A DNA stretch of 63,983 nt, filler included, from an uncultured Myxococcia bacterium (lineage in GTDB: Bacteria; CAZTWC01): the NCBI GenBank assembly GCA_964617105.1. It is 9 parts of 9 records of this genome, joined end to end, with 100 filler letters (N's around TTAATTAATTAA, not from the genome) between each part and the next. Parts side by side here need not be neighbours in the genome. Positions count along the whole stretch, not along the records: positions 1 to 7,317 come from CAZTWC010000187.1; positions 7,418 to 14,690 come from CAZTWC010000188.1; 7 more parts are not named here. One strand, 5' to 3'. Every line of letters begins with the position of its first letter. Position 1 is the first letter of the stretch. The position numbers and the translations under genes are program-made. The notes beneath the pieces were generated by a model. It was not told the origin of the DNA and searched no databases. It saw only the letters and a list, made by a program, of their open reading frames with translations. Below, piece after piece: positions 1 through 8,866 of this stretch.

Positions 1-1
1 A

Positions 2-1042
2 ATTTTCGACTTTTCCCCGGAGGCGATACTGTTACTGGACACCACTGGCATCATTTTAGCTAGCAACGACCGCCTACAGGAATGGCTCGGTTTTAAAACC
101 AAGGACATCGTTGGAAAAAATATTGTCATCTTGCCCTTTTTAACCGAAGACAGTAAAGCCAACATCATGAAAAATTTTGCAGAAAGGCTACTCGGCAAGG
201 AAGCCCCTTCTTACCAAGTTGAATTAGTTAACAAAAAAGGAGCGCGTATGTATGGGCAGGTGGTTGCGGCCACAGTTAGAGATAGCAAGGGTGACATCAT
301 TCGAAACCTAACCATGATCAGCGATGTAACCGAGCGGGTCAAGCTGGAAAAACTAAGAGACGATCTCACCCATATGATTATCCACGACCTCAAAAACCCA
401 ATCATCAGCATAACCGGATCAGTTCGGCTAATTATGCAAGATATTGCCAGCCTCATCAATCAACAACAAAAAAGCCTATTGCAAAACGTATTAACCAGCT
501 GCAAAAAACTCTCAAACCTTATTATGGATCTGCTGCAAATAAAAAGCATCGAAGACGATAAACTGCAATTAAACAAGTCCACTTTCCAAGTCAGCGAATT
601 ACTCGAAAACATTATGTGGACAAAAGATCTTGCCCTCCAAAAGAATATTGCCATGGACTTTGATGCTGAAAAAAGCATTTCCCTGGAAGCCGACAAAGAA
701 ATTATTTTAAGAATACTGGAAAACTTAATCTCGAATGCAGTAAAACATACCCCTCCCAAAGGCAAAATTGATGTAAGGATCAGTGAAAAAGGCAAGCAGG
801 TTAAATTTGAGGTTGTCGACAGCGGCAGGGGGATCCCAAAACAATATCAACCCATGATTTTTGATAAATTTTTTAAGGTTGAAGATCAGGAAGAAGCCAC
901 CTGGCTGGACACCGGACTAGGGTTAACCTTTTGTAAAATGGCTGTCGAAGCACATGGCGGAAAAATCCATGTAGAAAGCGAAGCGGGTAAAGGCTCCAAT
1001 TTCATCTTTAGCATCCCCCAAGATAGCAACCTAAACTTTTAG
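2..1042 (+). CDS. PAS-domain sensor histidine kinase (5'-partial)
   Basis: Frame is open from position 2 (IFDFSPEAILLLD, PAS-like); H-box HDLKNP, N-box ENLISNAVKH, G-boxes DSGRGI and GLGL. Confidence 0.9.
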   Translation: MFDFSPEAILLLDTTGIILASNDRLQEWLGFKTKDIVGKNIVILPFLTEDSKANIMKNFAERLLGKEAPSYQVELVNKKGARMYGQVVAATVRDSKGDIIRNLTMISDVTERVKLEKLRDDLTHMIIHDLKNPIISITGSVRLIMQDIASLINQQQKSLLQNVLTSCKKLSNLIMDLLQIKSIEDDKLQLNKSTFQVSELLENIMWTKDLALQKNIAMDFDAEKSISLEADKEIILRILENLISNAVKHTPPKGKIDVRISEKGKQVKFEVVDSGRGIPKQYQPMIFDKFFKVEDQEEATWLDTGLGLTFCKMAVEAHGGKIHVESEAGKGSNFIFSIPQDSNLNF

Positions 1043-1419
1043 TCCCCCTTAGATTTGCGGGCTAATCCATACCTTATTGCGCGGTGAAGTAAACCTGAAT
1101 CAAAATTACCTTTGACCAAATAATCCTGGGCTCCGGCCCTTACCGCCTCAACGGCTACACCGTTATCATCCATAACCGTTAGTATCACCACTGGAGTTTT
1201 CCCACATTTTGCCAAGACAGTATGCAGGGTAGACAGCCCGGCAGAATCGGGCAGGTGTAAATCCAATAAAATAATATCCGCTCCGCCTTTGGCAATCCGT
1301 TCCAGCCCAGAGGCCAGGTCCCAATAATGCTCTAGCTCATTTTTTTCCGGCATTTTATCTAACATGAACTCAACAATTTTATGATAATCGGCGTCGTCTT
1401 CGATCAACACAATTTTCAT
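1039..1419 (-). CDS. Single-domain response regulator (receiver)
   Basis: IEDD, LLDLHLPD, ILT, YLVK receiver motifs. Confidence 0.9.
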   Translation of the reverse strand: MKIVLIEDDADYHKIVEFMLDKMPEKNELEHYWDLASGLERIAKGGADIILLDLHLPDSAGLSTLHTVLAKCGKTPVVILTVMDDNGVAVEAVRAGAQDYLVKGNFDSGLLHRAIRYGLARKSKGD

Positions 1420-1796
1420 TGTTTTCCCCCCAGTAATTCTGTTATCTTGCCCAACAACTCTTCGGCCTTAAACGGCTTGGTAATATACGCATTTGCCCCA
1501 ACTTCTTCCCCCAACTCTCGATCAGCTGCTTGTATTCTAGCGGTCAGAATAATAACCGGGATATGTTGATAAGCTGCATCAAATTTGAGCATGCGACACA
1601 CGGAAAATCCATCCATCTTAGGAAGCATAACATCCAGAATAATTAGATCTGGTTTTTCTTGTCTAGCCTGCAGTAGCCCTTCTTGGCCATCACGGGCAAC
1701 TAAAACTTCGTAGTTATTTGCCTCTAGTCTGAGCTGAATTGCCTTTAGCATGTCTTCACTATCTTCAATTAAAAGGATTCTTGGTTTGTTCTCCAT
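1416..1796 (-). CDS. Single-domain response regulator (receiver)
   Basis: IEDS, ILDVMLPKMDG, ILTA, YITKPF. Confidence 0.92.
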   Translation of the reverse strand: MENKPRILLIEDSEDMLKAIQLRLEANNYEVLVARDGQEGLLQARQEKPDLIILDVMLPKMDGFSVCRMLKFDAAYQHIPVIILTARIQAADRELGEEVGANAYITKPFKAEELLGKITELLGGKQ

Positions 1797-1800
1797 ACAC

Positions 1801-3126
1801 CTACACCTTTCTTAAAGTAAAATAAAAAGTTGCCCCCTGTCCTGGCTTGGATTCAACCCACATCTGCCCCTTATGCATTTCAACTATCCCTTTGCAAATT
1901 GAAAGGCCCAGCCCAACTCCCTTCACTTGATGTTTAAATCGGACAAATCTCTCAAAAAGATGCGGCACATCCTTCTCCCCTATCCCTGCCCCATTATCCT
2001 TAACCGAAACCCTGATATGCTCCGCCTTCTCTTCAATCGCCACAACAATCTTAGAATTTTCCGGGCTATATTTTACGGCGTTATCAATAAGATTGAGAAA
2101 AACGCGTAATATTTGCTCCTGATCAAGCCAGCTCTTTAACTGATCCGGAAACCTTGTCTCGATTAAAATCGATTTGGAACTTGCCTTTTTCTGCAGCATC
2201 GTAATAGCTTCTTTCCCCAGACAGCACACATCAACTTTTTGCAAATCGAGTTTTAAAGAGCGCGACTCTATTTTAGATATATCCAGCAAGCCATCTAAGA
2301 TTCCCGCCAAACGGTCAATATGATCACGAGAAGAATCGAGCATTTTTTTTTGTTTTTCGCTTATTTCTCCCACCACCCCATCCTTTACCAAAGAGATATT
2401 TTCTCTCACTACCGCTAAGGGAGTTCGCAGCTCATGTGATGCATTAGCAATAAAATCATTTTTCATGCGATCCACATCTTTAAATTTTGTCAAGGCTTCC
2501 ACATACCGCCTATTTTTCCCAAGCAACTCCTGACGAGTTCCCTCCAAGAGTTTGGCATAATAATAAATAATTATGGCAAAGAGGAAAAACGCAATTGAAG
2601 TAAAGAGAGCCTTGTTGGCCACAAGGTTTAACAATTCCGCGGGCGACAAACTGAGTTTGGCAGGATACATGGGAAAAATCCCAGAGTAAGTTAATACCAA
2701 CAAACCCAGATAAAAGACAGTGGAAAACAAAGCAATAAAAAACACCATGAGAGAATAATAAGAAAACATGCCAAAACCAGAAAGCACAATTAATACGAGG
2801 TATAAAAACCAATAGGGGCTTTCCACCCAACCCGTAATATAAATCAAGTAAGTTATGGCAAGCGTGTCAAAAAGAGTAAATAGACCAACCCAAGCCGTAA
2901 ATTTGCCAAGTTTTTCTATCTTGTTTTGCTGGTAAAAAAAATGAGCAAATATGTTATAAGCCAAAACAAAAAATACCAAGTCCCAAATTGGATGAAAAAA
3001 GGCACGACCAAATATGTTTAAGCAGAGGCCCAAAGCGACTACAAGATAGCGCGTCCACAGGCTCCAGAGGAACTTGTCTTTAATATCGCGGACAACAAAA
3101 CGTTCTTCAGGCATTGAACAAACCAT
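1801..3126 (-). CDS. Membrane-bound sensor histidine kinase with multi-TM N-terminus
   Basis: About six hydrophobic segments, then SHELRTPL, NLIDNAVKY, DNGAGI, GLGL. Confidence 0.9.
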   Translation of the reverse strand: MVCSMPEERFVVRDIKDKFLWSLWTRYLVVALGLCLNIFGRAFFHPIWDLVFFVLAYNIFAHFFYQQNKIEKLGKFTAWVGLFTLFDTLAITYLIYITGWVESPYWFLYLVLIVLSGFGMFSYYSLMVFFIALFSTVFYLGLLVLTYSGIFPMYPAKLSLSPAELLNLVANKALFTSIAFFLFAIIIYYYAKLLEGTRQELLGKNRRYVEALTKFKDVDRMKNDFIANASHELRTPLAVVRENISLVKDGVVGEISEKQKKMLDSSRDHIDRLAGILDGLLDISKIESRSLKLDLQKVDVCCLGKEAITMLQKKASSKSILIETRFPDQLKSWLDQEQILRVFLNLIDNAVKYSPENSKIVVAIEEKAEHIRVSVKDNGAGIGEKDVPHLFERFVRFKHQVKGVGLGLSICKGIVEMHKGQMWVESKPGQGATFYFTLRKV

Positions 3127-3131
3127 GGTTT

Positions 3132-3908
3132 TTAATTAAGCAACTGATAAACCGTTAAAGTAAATTTTGTCTCCACTCCAATTGGCTTGGTCACTATTTG
3201 GACCCTATCCAAGCTGATCACCTTATCATACTCATCAAACCACTCAAGTAAAGACAAAATCCCTTTAAACCCACCCTGAATAGTTGCTTCCAGCTCAGTC
3301 TTTTTGATCTTCATCCGAGCATAAGGATCAATATTTCGTCTCTGCTTCCAGATAGCCCTAAAACGTTCTCTTTTGCTCTCAGGAATCATGCATATGGCTT
3401 CCTTTAAGAGATCAAAGGCCATGTCCTCTCCATCAACAGCATCCCGATTTTTCGCTATAAATTTAAGAAAATCCTTTTCAGCGGGCAGATGCAAACCAAT
3501 AACATGTTTTTTTAATTTCTCACTGCGACTTAGAACTTGGCCTTCTGACTTCGGGCGCAGCAGCACAATCCTATTGCCAAAACCCGAGACGATCTGAGGC
3601 AGCTTTTTTAGGAAATTTTCGGCTTCGCTTTCGCTGAAAAAGTGTTTATTAAGTTCCTGCAGGCCTTTCTCTAACCCCGGATATTCCTGTCGGAGCTTAC
3701 TAAGATTTTTAGCGCGACCGTACTTAACATCCAAAAGATTGCTGTAGGATTTTAATTGACCATACAAAGCACCTACCTGCGCCACATAGGGGGCCAACAT
3801 CGCCTTGTATAGGATAAAAACGATCAGGCACAGGATTATCCACATTCCGATTAGTCTCTCTTGGAGAGAACTACTTAATATGAACTTTTTAAAAAGCTCG
3901 CTATTCAT
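3132..3908 (-). CDS. PilO/GspM-like type IV pilus assembly protein
   Basis: N-terminal TM, coiled coil, C-terminal ferredoxin-like pattern; lies downstream of the pilM/N-like gene. Confidence 0.65.
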   Translation of the reverse strand: MNSELFKKFILSSSLQERLIGMWIILCLIVFILYKAMLAPYVAQVGALYGQLKSYSNLLDVKYGRAKNLSKLRQEYPGLEKGLQELNKHFFSESEAENFLKKLPQIVSGFGNRIVLLRPKSEGQVLSRSEKLKKHVIGLHLPAEKDFLKFIAKNRDAVDGEDMAFDLLKEAICMIPESKRERFRAIWKQRRNIDPYARMKIKKTELEATIQGGFKGILSLLEWFDEYDKVISLDRVQIVTKPIGVETKFTLTVYQLLN

Positions 3909-5214
3909 TTTTCTCCGCGTAAATCCTAAATGAGATCATCTTACCCGCTCGTTCTTGCTGTTGCACAATTTGGAGGTCAACATTTTTAAAGTGTTTGGAA
4001 GATTTCAATTTATTCATAAAATCGAAAATATAATCTGAGGCCTTCGCTACTCCGGAAATGCTAACAATGTCTTCTTCACCAATTCCTATCTTGGTCAAAT
4101 AAACCTTCTCCGGAACTAAACCCGTCAACTCGGCAAAGATATCGTCCCAAGTAAAACCATAAAATTTCTCTACCAATTGTCTCCGGCCCGCAATTAATTT
4201 TTTAACTTCCTTGGTTTTATTTTCGATCTCTTTTAATTGGGCAAATTGAATAGTTGGATTATCTAATCTACCCTTAACCTTGCTAATTTGCATATTTAAG
4301 ATAAACCCTGCCAATAAAAAAAGAAAAAATAAAACCAACATAAACAGAGAGACCCCAATTATTGCCCCCAAGGAATAGGCAATGTGATGACGCCATTCTT
4401 CACGTTCCCTCACATCTTCTGGCAATAAGTTCGTCTTAAATGATTCAGCACCCGCCAATCCTTGTGCGGTTTTGTTTAATTCCACCTCCACTGGTTTACC
4501 CAATTTCTCTCCCAGTTGTTTGGCTAAATCCCGCAGGCCCTCATCTGCCACATGAAATATGATATTTTTAATCTCTCCAGCCCTTTGCAAAACCTTGCGC
4601 AGGTCATCGGCTAAATCCGCGCCGGCATTATGCGTGTGGACAAAGGTAATCGCTCCCCTTTCTAAAATATGAATAAAGGTCTGTTTTTTCTCTACATCCA
4701 CAAATATTTTCTTACCTCTTGAGCTACTAAGCTTAAGCGCTCGCAAGCTGGCCAAGGAAGGAAAGGCAATGGCATTAATAAATAAGCCAGCTTTTTCAAC
4801 CGCTTTTATGTAAGAATCCACCCGCTCTCGCTTAACTACGGCTAAAAGGATTTTTAGTTTCCTCTCGCCGACCTCAACCACATCCCCGATCTTTTCCCAG
4901 CCAATAGCGGTCTTAACACCCGCAAAGGCCACGTATTGGTTGACTTTCTGTCTTAAAACAGATTGAATTTCTGCATCCTTTACGTGAGGTATGGTAACAA
5001 TATGAAGCAGCAGATCCGAACCATGGATAGTAAGATTAACTCTTCTGGATTTAATCTTATTAGTCGCCCAGAGTTGTCTTAGGGCTTTGGTTACTGTTTC
5101 GGGAGAAGCAGCAATCGAGGCAGTTTTTTCCATCGTGGCCACACGAATTTGATCTTCGGCTATATCCAAGCCAACAATCGCGGTTCTCTCTTTTAGAAAA
5201 TCCTTCAGTTTCAT
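3901..5214 (-). CDS. PilM-PilN fusion-like pilus assembly protein
   Basis: N-terminal IVGLDI actin-like PilM pattern, NLLP motif, one TM, PilN-like C-terminus (VYLTKI..ISGVA..DFMNKLKSSKHFKNVDL). Confidence 0.75.
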   Translation of the reverse strand: MKLKDFLKERTAIVGLDIAEDQIRVATMEKTASIAASPETVTKALRQLWATNKIKSRRVNLTIHGSDLLLHIVTIPHVKDAEIQSVLRQKVNQYVAFAGVKTAIGWEKIGDVVEVGERKLKILLAVVKRERVDSYIKAVEKAGLFINAIAFPSLASLRALKLSSSRGKKIFVDVEKKQTFIHILERGAITFVHTHNAGADLADDLRKVLQRAGEIKNIIFHVADEGLRDLAKQLGEKLGKPVEVELNKTAQGLAGAESFKTNLLPEDVREREEWRHHIAYSLGAIIGVSLFMLVLFFLFLLAGFILNMQISKVKGRLDNPTIQFAQLKEIENKTKEVKKLIAGRRQLVEKFYGFTWDDIFAELTGLVPEKVYLTKIGIGEEDIVSISGVAKASDYIFDFMNKLKSSKHFKNVDLQIVQQQERAGKMISFRIYAEKNE

Positions 5215-5220
5215 AGTCAA

Positions 5221-5250
5221 GGAAACCAGAGACTAAACGTCTCGGTTTCC
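5221..5250. repeat. 30-nt palindromic element, type A copy 1
   Basis: GGAAACCAGAGACTAAACGTCTCGGTTTCC; 28/30 identical to 6776-6805. Confidence 0.9.
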
Positions 5251-5270
5251 TTCCTTTCCTTAATTTTACT

Positions 5271-5300
5271 GGAAACCGCGAAGTTCATTCGCAGGTTTCC
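5271..5300. repeat. 30-nt palindromic element, type B copy 1
   Basis: GGAAACCGCGAAGTTCATTCGCAGGTTTCC; 29/30 identical to 6829-6858. Confidence 0.9.
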
Positions 5301-5331
5301 AGCGCTCCCCATTTTCCTCTATTATAGTTTA

Positions 5332-5745
5332 TTATAATTCCTTCCAATAGTCTATAGTGGGTGGATCTGAGCCTTGGACCGTGGTCTGAATCTCTATTTG
5401 TCTCTGGAAGCTCCCATCAACTGTACTTTCAGAAGTAAGTATTTTAATTTTAGAACTGATTTCAGCCACAGCAACAGTATAGATTTCCCCAGCAAAGGCC
5501 TTATCCGTAAAACCCGCATTCCAGTTTTTATCCTGTCCTAATTCATAAAGCGCATCTTGAATACCCGCGTCAGCAATGTAAAGCGCCCGGATAGAATATT
5601 GATTATTACGCACGATTTGCAAATCTGCCAAGCTAAGTTGCAAAAAACCAATGATTAAAATTGTTCCCAGGGCAATGATAAAAACCGTTATTAAAAGCAT
5701 TGCCCCTTTTTTACCCTTCGCTCGGGGTAAATTAGTTATTGGCAT
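5332..5745 (-). CDS. PilX-like minor pilin
   Basis: KKG/AMLLITVFII prepilin-type leader lacking E5; ALYIADAGI PilX_N motif; start chosen at ATG 5745. Confidence 0.75.
   Translation of the reverse strand: MPITNLPRAKGKKGAMLLITVFIIALGTILIIGFLQLSLADLQIVRNNQYSIRALYIADAGIQDALYELGQDKNWNAGFTDKAFAGEIYTVAVAEISSKIKILTSESTVDGSFQRQIEIQTTVQGSDPPTIDYWKEL
5710..5731. repeat. Short palindrome inside the PilX leader
   Basis: TTTACCC-TTCGCTCG-GGGTAAA, encoding LPRAKG on the minus strand. Confidence 0.55.
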
Positions 5746-6877
5746 AGCCGGGTGTACCATTTAAAACACTATCCTCCCAATTCGCTGGATCATTTGGCGG
5801 CCCCGAAGCACTAATCCGTTCCAAGCTATCTCCCAAGCCATCAGACCCTCCTGCTCCCCAGGAATCTTCATAGGTAATACTATCTACCGCATTCCCATCA
5901 CTATCTAAAATAATTACGCTATCGCTATGATTATGCAAACCATTGGCGATATTATTGTCGTCTACTCGAAGCCTAATTGCCTCGGCAGACACAGTGTAGA
6001 CAAGACCATCATAAACCTTGGTATCACCATCAGTGATCAGGGCATAGCCTCCAGAAGGAACAATAGTTGAGCCATCGCCATAAACAGAATCCCCAATGAT
6101 ATCATCAACAAAGCCTCCATTACTCAGCTGCCAGCCGGCAAAATCAATTGGATCTGGCGTGCCATTATAAAATTCTACATATTCATAATATTTGTCCTCA
6201 TTGCCAGAAATACTGTCATCTGGATTATACATAATCTCATTAACCGATCGCACAATAAAAGGAACAGGCTCAACCCTTATAAAGACTCTGGAAGACAAGG
6301 TCATGGCACTAATCTCACCTCTGGGATCTGCCACAACTAACTCAATTGCAATTGATCTTATATCCGCGACATCGGTAGTTATGGTCACTCCATCCTCTTC
6401 ATAGCCAGTAAACTTAAGGCTATCAATCGGCCCGGCCAAAGGGGAAGTGACATCACTCTGAACAAAACCCAACATATTATTTACACCATCATTATATCTT
6501 TTAAACTCCACCTGATTATCGTCCTTATCTCTAAAAACAATATGACCCGCAGCTTCAGCAGAAGCAGTAATACTGGTCAAAGCCGTAGCTTCTCTGAATT
6601 GTTTTACCATTTTATCTAAACCAATCCTGCCATTCTGCAGCATATCCGACCGGCCATCGGACAGGTGCCAAGTTTTGCGTAGAGTATAAAAATAAGGCTG
6701 GACAGCCACAAAGAGGATCCCAATTATTGCAACCACGATCATGAGCTCGGTTAAGGTTACGGCTTTCCGTAGAACGGAAACCTGAGACTGAACGTCTCGG
6801 TTTCCGTATTTTTTCAGTTTGTTTTTTTGGAAACCGCGAAGTTTATTCGCAGGTTTCCAAAAATTTCTTTGTTCCAT
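5732..6877 (-). CDS. Prepilin (PilW/GspJ-like) with C-terminal lamin-tail-like domain
   Basis: RKA/VTLTELMIVVAIIGIL N-methylation motif; C-terminal VNEIMYNP..EYVEFYN..GWQL..GTPGYAN pattern of LTD domains. Confidence 0.8.
   Translation of the reverse strand: MEQRNFWKPANKLRGFQKNKLKKYGNRDVQSQVSVLRKAVTLTELMIVVAIIGILFVAVQPYFYTLRKTWHLSDGRSDMLQNGRIGLDKMVKQFREATALTSITASAEAAGHIVFRDKDDNQVEFKRYNDGVNNMLGFVQSDVTSPLAGPIDSLKFTGYEEDGVTITTDVADIRSIAIELVVADPRGEISAMTLSSRVFIRVEPVPFIVRSVNEIMYNPDDSISGNEDKYYEYVEFYNGTPDPIDFAGWQLSNGGFVDDIIGDSVYGDGSTIVPSGGYALITDGDTKVYDGLVYTVSAEAIRLRVDDNNIANGLHNHSDSVIILDSDGNAVDSITYEDSWGAGGSDGLGDSLERISASGPPNDPANWEDSVLNGTPGYANN
6776..6805. repeat. 30-nt palindromic element, type A copy 2 (inside CDS leader)
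   Basis: GGAAACCTGAGACTGAACGTCTCGGTTTCC; encodes GNRDVQSQVS. Confidence 0.9.
6829..6858. repeat. 30-nt palindromic element, type B copy 2 (inside CDS leader)
   Basis: GGAAACCGCGAAGTTTATTCGCAGGTTTCC; encodes (W)KPANKLRGF(Q). Confidence 0.9.
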
Positions 6878-6879
6878 AT

Positions 6880-7266
6880 CTAGTGCCTATCCGCCACTTT
6901 CGTATCAAGGCTGACTGAATACTCATCTGAGTCTATTACCCCATCACCATCATCATCGTTCCAAACCGTGACATTTAAAACTTTTATATCCGCGCCGGCA
7001 TCGTCGCTGACGGTAAACTTATATAAAGTATCTGGAGAAGGAAAAGCAGTTGCAGCCTGAGTGCGATTAACGCTGTAATCACTCTCAATCAAACCAAGAA
7101 CCTCTTCTAACTTCTTCTCCGCCAAAAAAGTGGCTTTGGTAACAACTTCTACTTTCGTGCCAACTTTTAGCATGCCCGGCACAATCTGCATCACCGCCAC
7201 CAGGACTAATCCCACCAAGAAGACCGAAACCATAACTTCGATTAAAGTAAAGCCTTTTCTATTCAC
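6880..7266 (-). CDS. PilV/GspI-like minor pilin
   Basis: NRKG/FTLIEVMVSV class III signal peptide; ATFLAEKKLEEV. Confidence 0.85.
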   Translation of the reverse strand: MNRKGFTLIEVMVSVFLVGLVLVAVMQIVPGMLKVGTKVEVVTKATFLAEKKLEEVLGLIESDYSVNRTQAATAFPSPDTLYKFTVSDDAGADIKVLNVTVWNDDDGDGVIDSDEYSVSLDTKVADRH

Positions 7267-7316
7267 TGTGCCTCTATGCTCACTCGCCCGGTTGCTATTG
7301 TCACATAAAGCTTGTA
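7263..7316 (-). CDS. 3' end of a probable FimT/GspH-like pilin (partial)
   Basis: YKLYVTIATGRVSIEAQ*; terminal TGRV pattern; stop overlaps the next GTG start. Confidence 0.45.
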   Translation of the reverse strand, partial: YKLYVTIATGRVSIEAQ

Positions 7317-7317
7317 T

Positions 7318-7417
7318 NNNNNNNNNNNNNNNNNNNNNNNNNNNNNNNNNNNNNNNNNNNNTTAATTAATTAANNNNNNNNNNNNNNNNNNNNNNNNNNN
7401 NNNNNNNNNNNNNNNNN
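7318..7417. other. Artificial contig spacer
   Basis: N44-TTAATTAATTAA-N44; stops in all six frames. Confidence 0.99.
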
Positions 7418-7615
7418 TTTCCCATGGATGAGAACGGCAACCCCATAAAAGGGATTTCCCGGCATCCGATTATTGAAGATGATGTGGTTATCTATTCCGG
7501 TGCGACCATACTTGGTAGAATAACCGTTGGCCGGGGCTCTGTGATCGGTGGAAATGTGTGGCTAACTAGAAGCGTAGAGCCCCATAATGATGTTATGCAA
7601 AGTATACCCAAATAG
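7418..7615 (+). CDS. cysE: Serine O-acetyltransferase, EpsC type (5'-partial)
   Basis: [35 protein letters not shown] hexapeptide repeats; directly upstream of cysK. Confidence 0.88.
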   Translation, partial: FPMDENGNPIKGISRHPIIEDDVVIYSGATILGRITVGRGSVIGGNVWLTRSVEPHNDVMQSIPK

Positions 7616-7644
7616 TTTCTGTTTAAAGATGGGGCCAGGATATA

Positions 7645-8592
7645 ATGGAATATAAAAAACTAGATCGACCCAAAATTGCCGATGATATGACTCAATTAGT
7701 GGGCAATACACCTTTGGTGAGGATCAATAAAATAGCCTCTGGTTTACCGGTTACTCTGTTGGCTAAACTGGAATCATTTAACCCTCTGCACAGTGTAAAA
7801 GACCGTATTGCTTTGGCCATGATCCAGGCGGCGGAAGATGAAGGCCATTTAAAAGAGGGGAGCATAATTGTAGAGCCTACCAGCGGCAATACTGGTATTG
7901 GTTTGGCTTTTGTGGCGGCTATCAAAGGTTATCGGCTGATTTTGACCATGCCGGATACCATGAGTATGGAACGGCGCAAAATGCTCTCTGCTTTAGGGGC
8001 GGAACTGGTGCTTACACCGGGCAGCCAGGGGATGAAAGGAGCCATAGAGAAGGCATTCCAGATAGACCAGGAGGATGAAAACAGTTTTATGCCTCAACAG
8101 TTTAACAATCCGGTCAACCCTCAGGTACACCAGAAAACTACTGCCCTGGAGATCTGGGATGATACCAATGGGCAGGTGGATGTTTTGGTGGCAGGAGTTG
8201 GCACCGGCGGAACTATTACCGGAGTTTCCCAGGTGCTGAAAGAGTTGAAACCAGGTTTTAAAACCTATGCAGTTGAGCCGGAGGATTCGCCAGTGCTATC
8301 AGGCGGCCAGCCCGGTACTCACAAAATTCAGGGTATTGGGGCTGGTTTTATCCCCGAAGTATTAAATACCAACATTATTGATCAGATAGTTACGGTAAAA
8401 GATGAACAGGCCGGTGAGATAGCCCGAAGAATGGCCAAAGAGGAGGGGATTTTAGTTGGAATTTCCTCTGGTGCTGCCCTGGCAGCGGCTTTAGAAGTAG
8501 CCCGGATGCCGGAGAATAAAGAAAAAACCATAGTAGTAATATTACCAGATACTGGTGAGCGCTATCTATCCACCTGGCTGTTTGAAGAGTAA
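7645..8592 (+). CDS. cysK: Cysteine synthase A
   Basis: SVKDRIA PLP lysine, [32 protein letters not shown]. Confidence 0.97.
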   Translation: MEYKKLDRPKIADDMTQLVGNTPLVRINKIASGLPVTLLAKLESFNPLHSVKDRIALAMIQAAEDEGHLKEGSIIVEPTSGNTGIGLAFVAAIKGYRLILTMPDTMSMERRKMLSALGAELVLTPGSQGMKGAIEKAFQIDQEDENSFMPQQFNNPVNPQVHQKTTALEIWDDTNGQVDVLVAGVGTGGTITGVSQVLKELKPGFKTYAVEPEDSPVLSGGQPGTHKIQGIGAGFIPEVLNTNIIDQIVTVKDEQAGEIARRMAKEEGILVGISSGAALAAALEVARMPENKEKTIVVILPDTGERYLSTWLFEE

Positions 8593-8688
8593 CGTTAGCA
8601 AGATTAAGATTTGAGCGAGCTCTTAATTCCCCGAATTAATCACTTGACTTATCTCTATGGCTGTTATATTAAGTTATCTATTGATTGT

Positions 8689-8765
<77 letters not shown>

Positions 8766-8777
8766 ATGATGATTCAA

Positions 8778-8809
8778 GGGGTTAGACAGTTTGTCTAGCC
8801 CCTTTTTTT
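8778..8809 (+). terminator. Intrinsic terminator after tRNA-fMet
   Basis: GGGGTTAGACA-GTT-TGTCTAGCCCC followed by T7. Confidence 0.85.
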
Positions 8810-8866
8810 ATACAACAAATTGATGTCCCCCACACTATCCCCCACATATTAGCAGTAAATAAAGGG

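Noticed and set aside
5221-5300. 30-nt palindromes with a short spacer as a mini CRISPR array
   Set aside because: Adjacent units differ internally (A versus B), occur only in pairs, and one pair is coding
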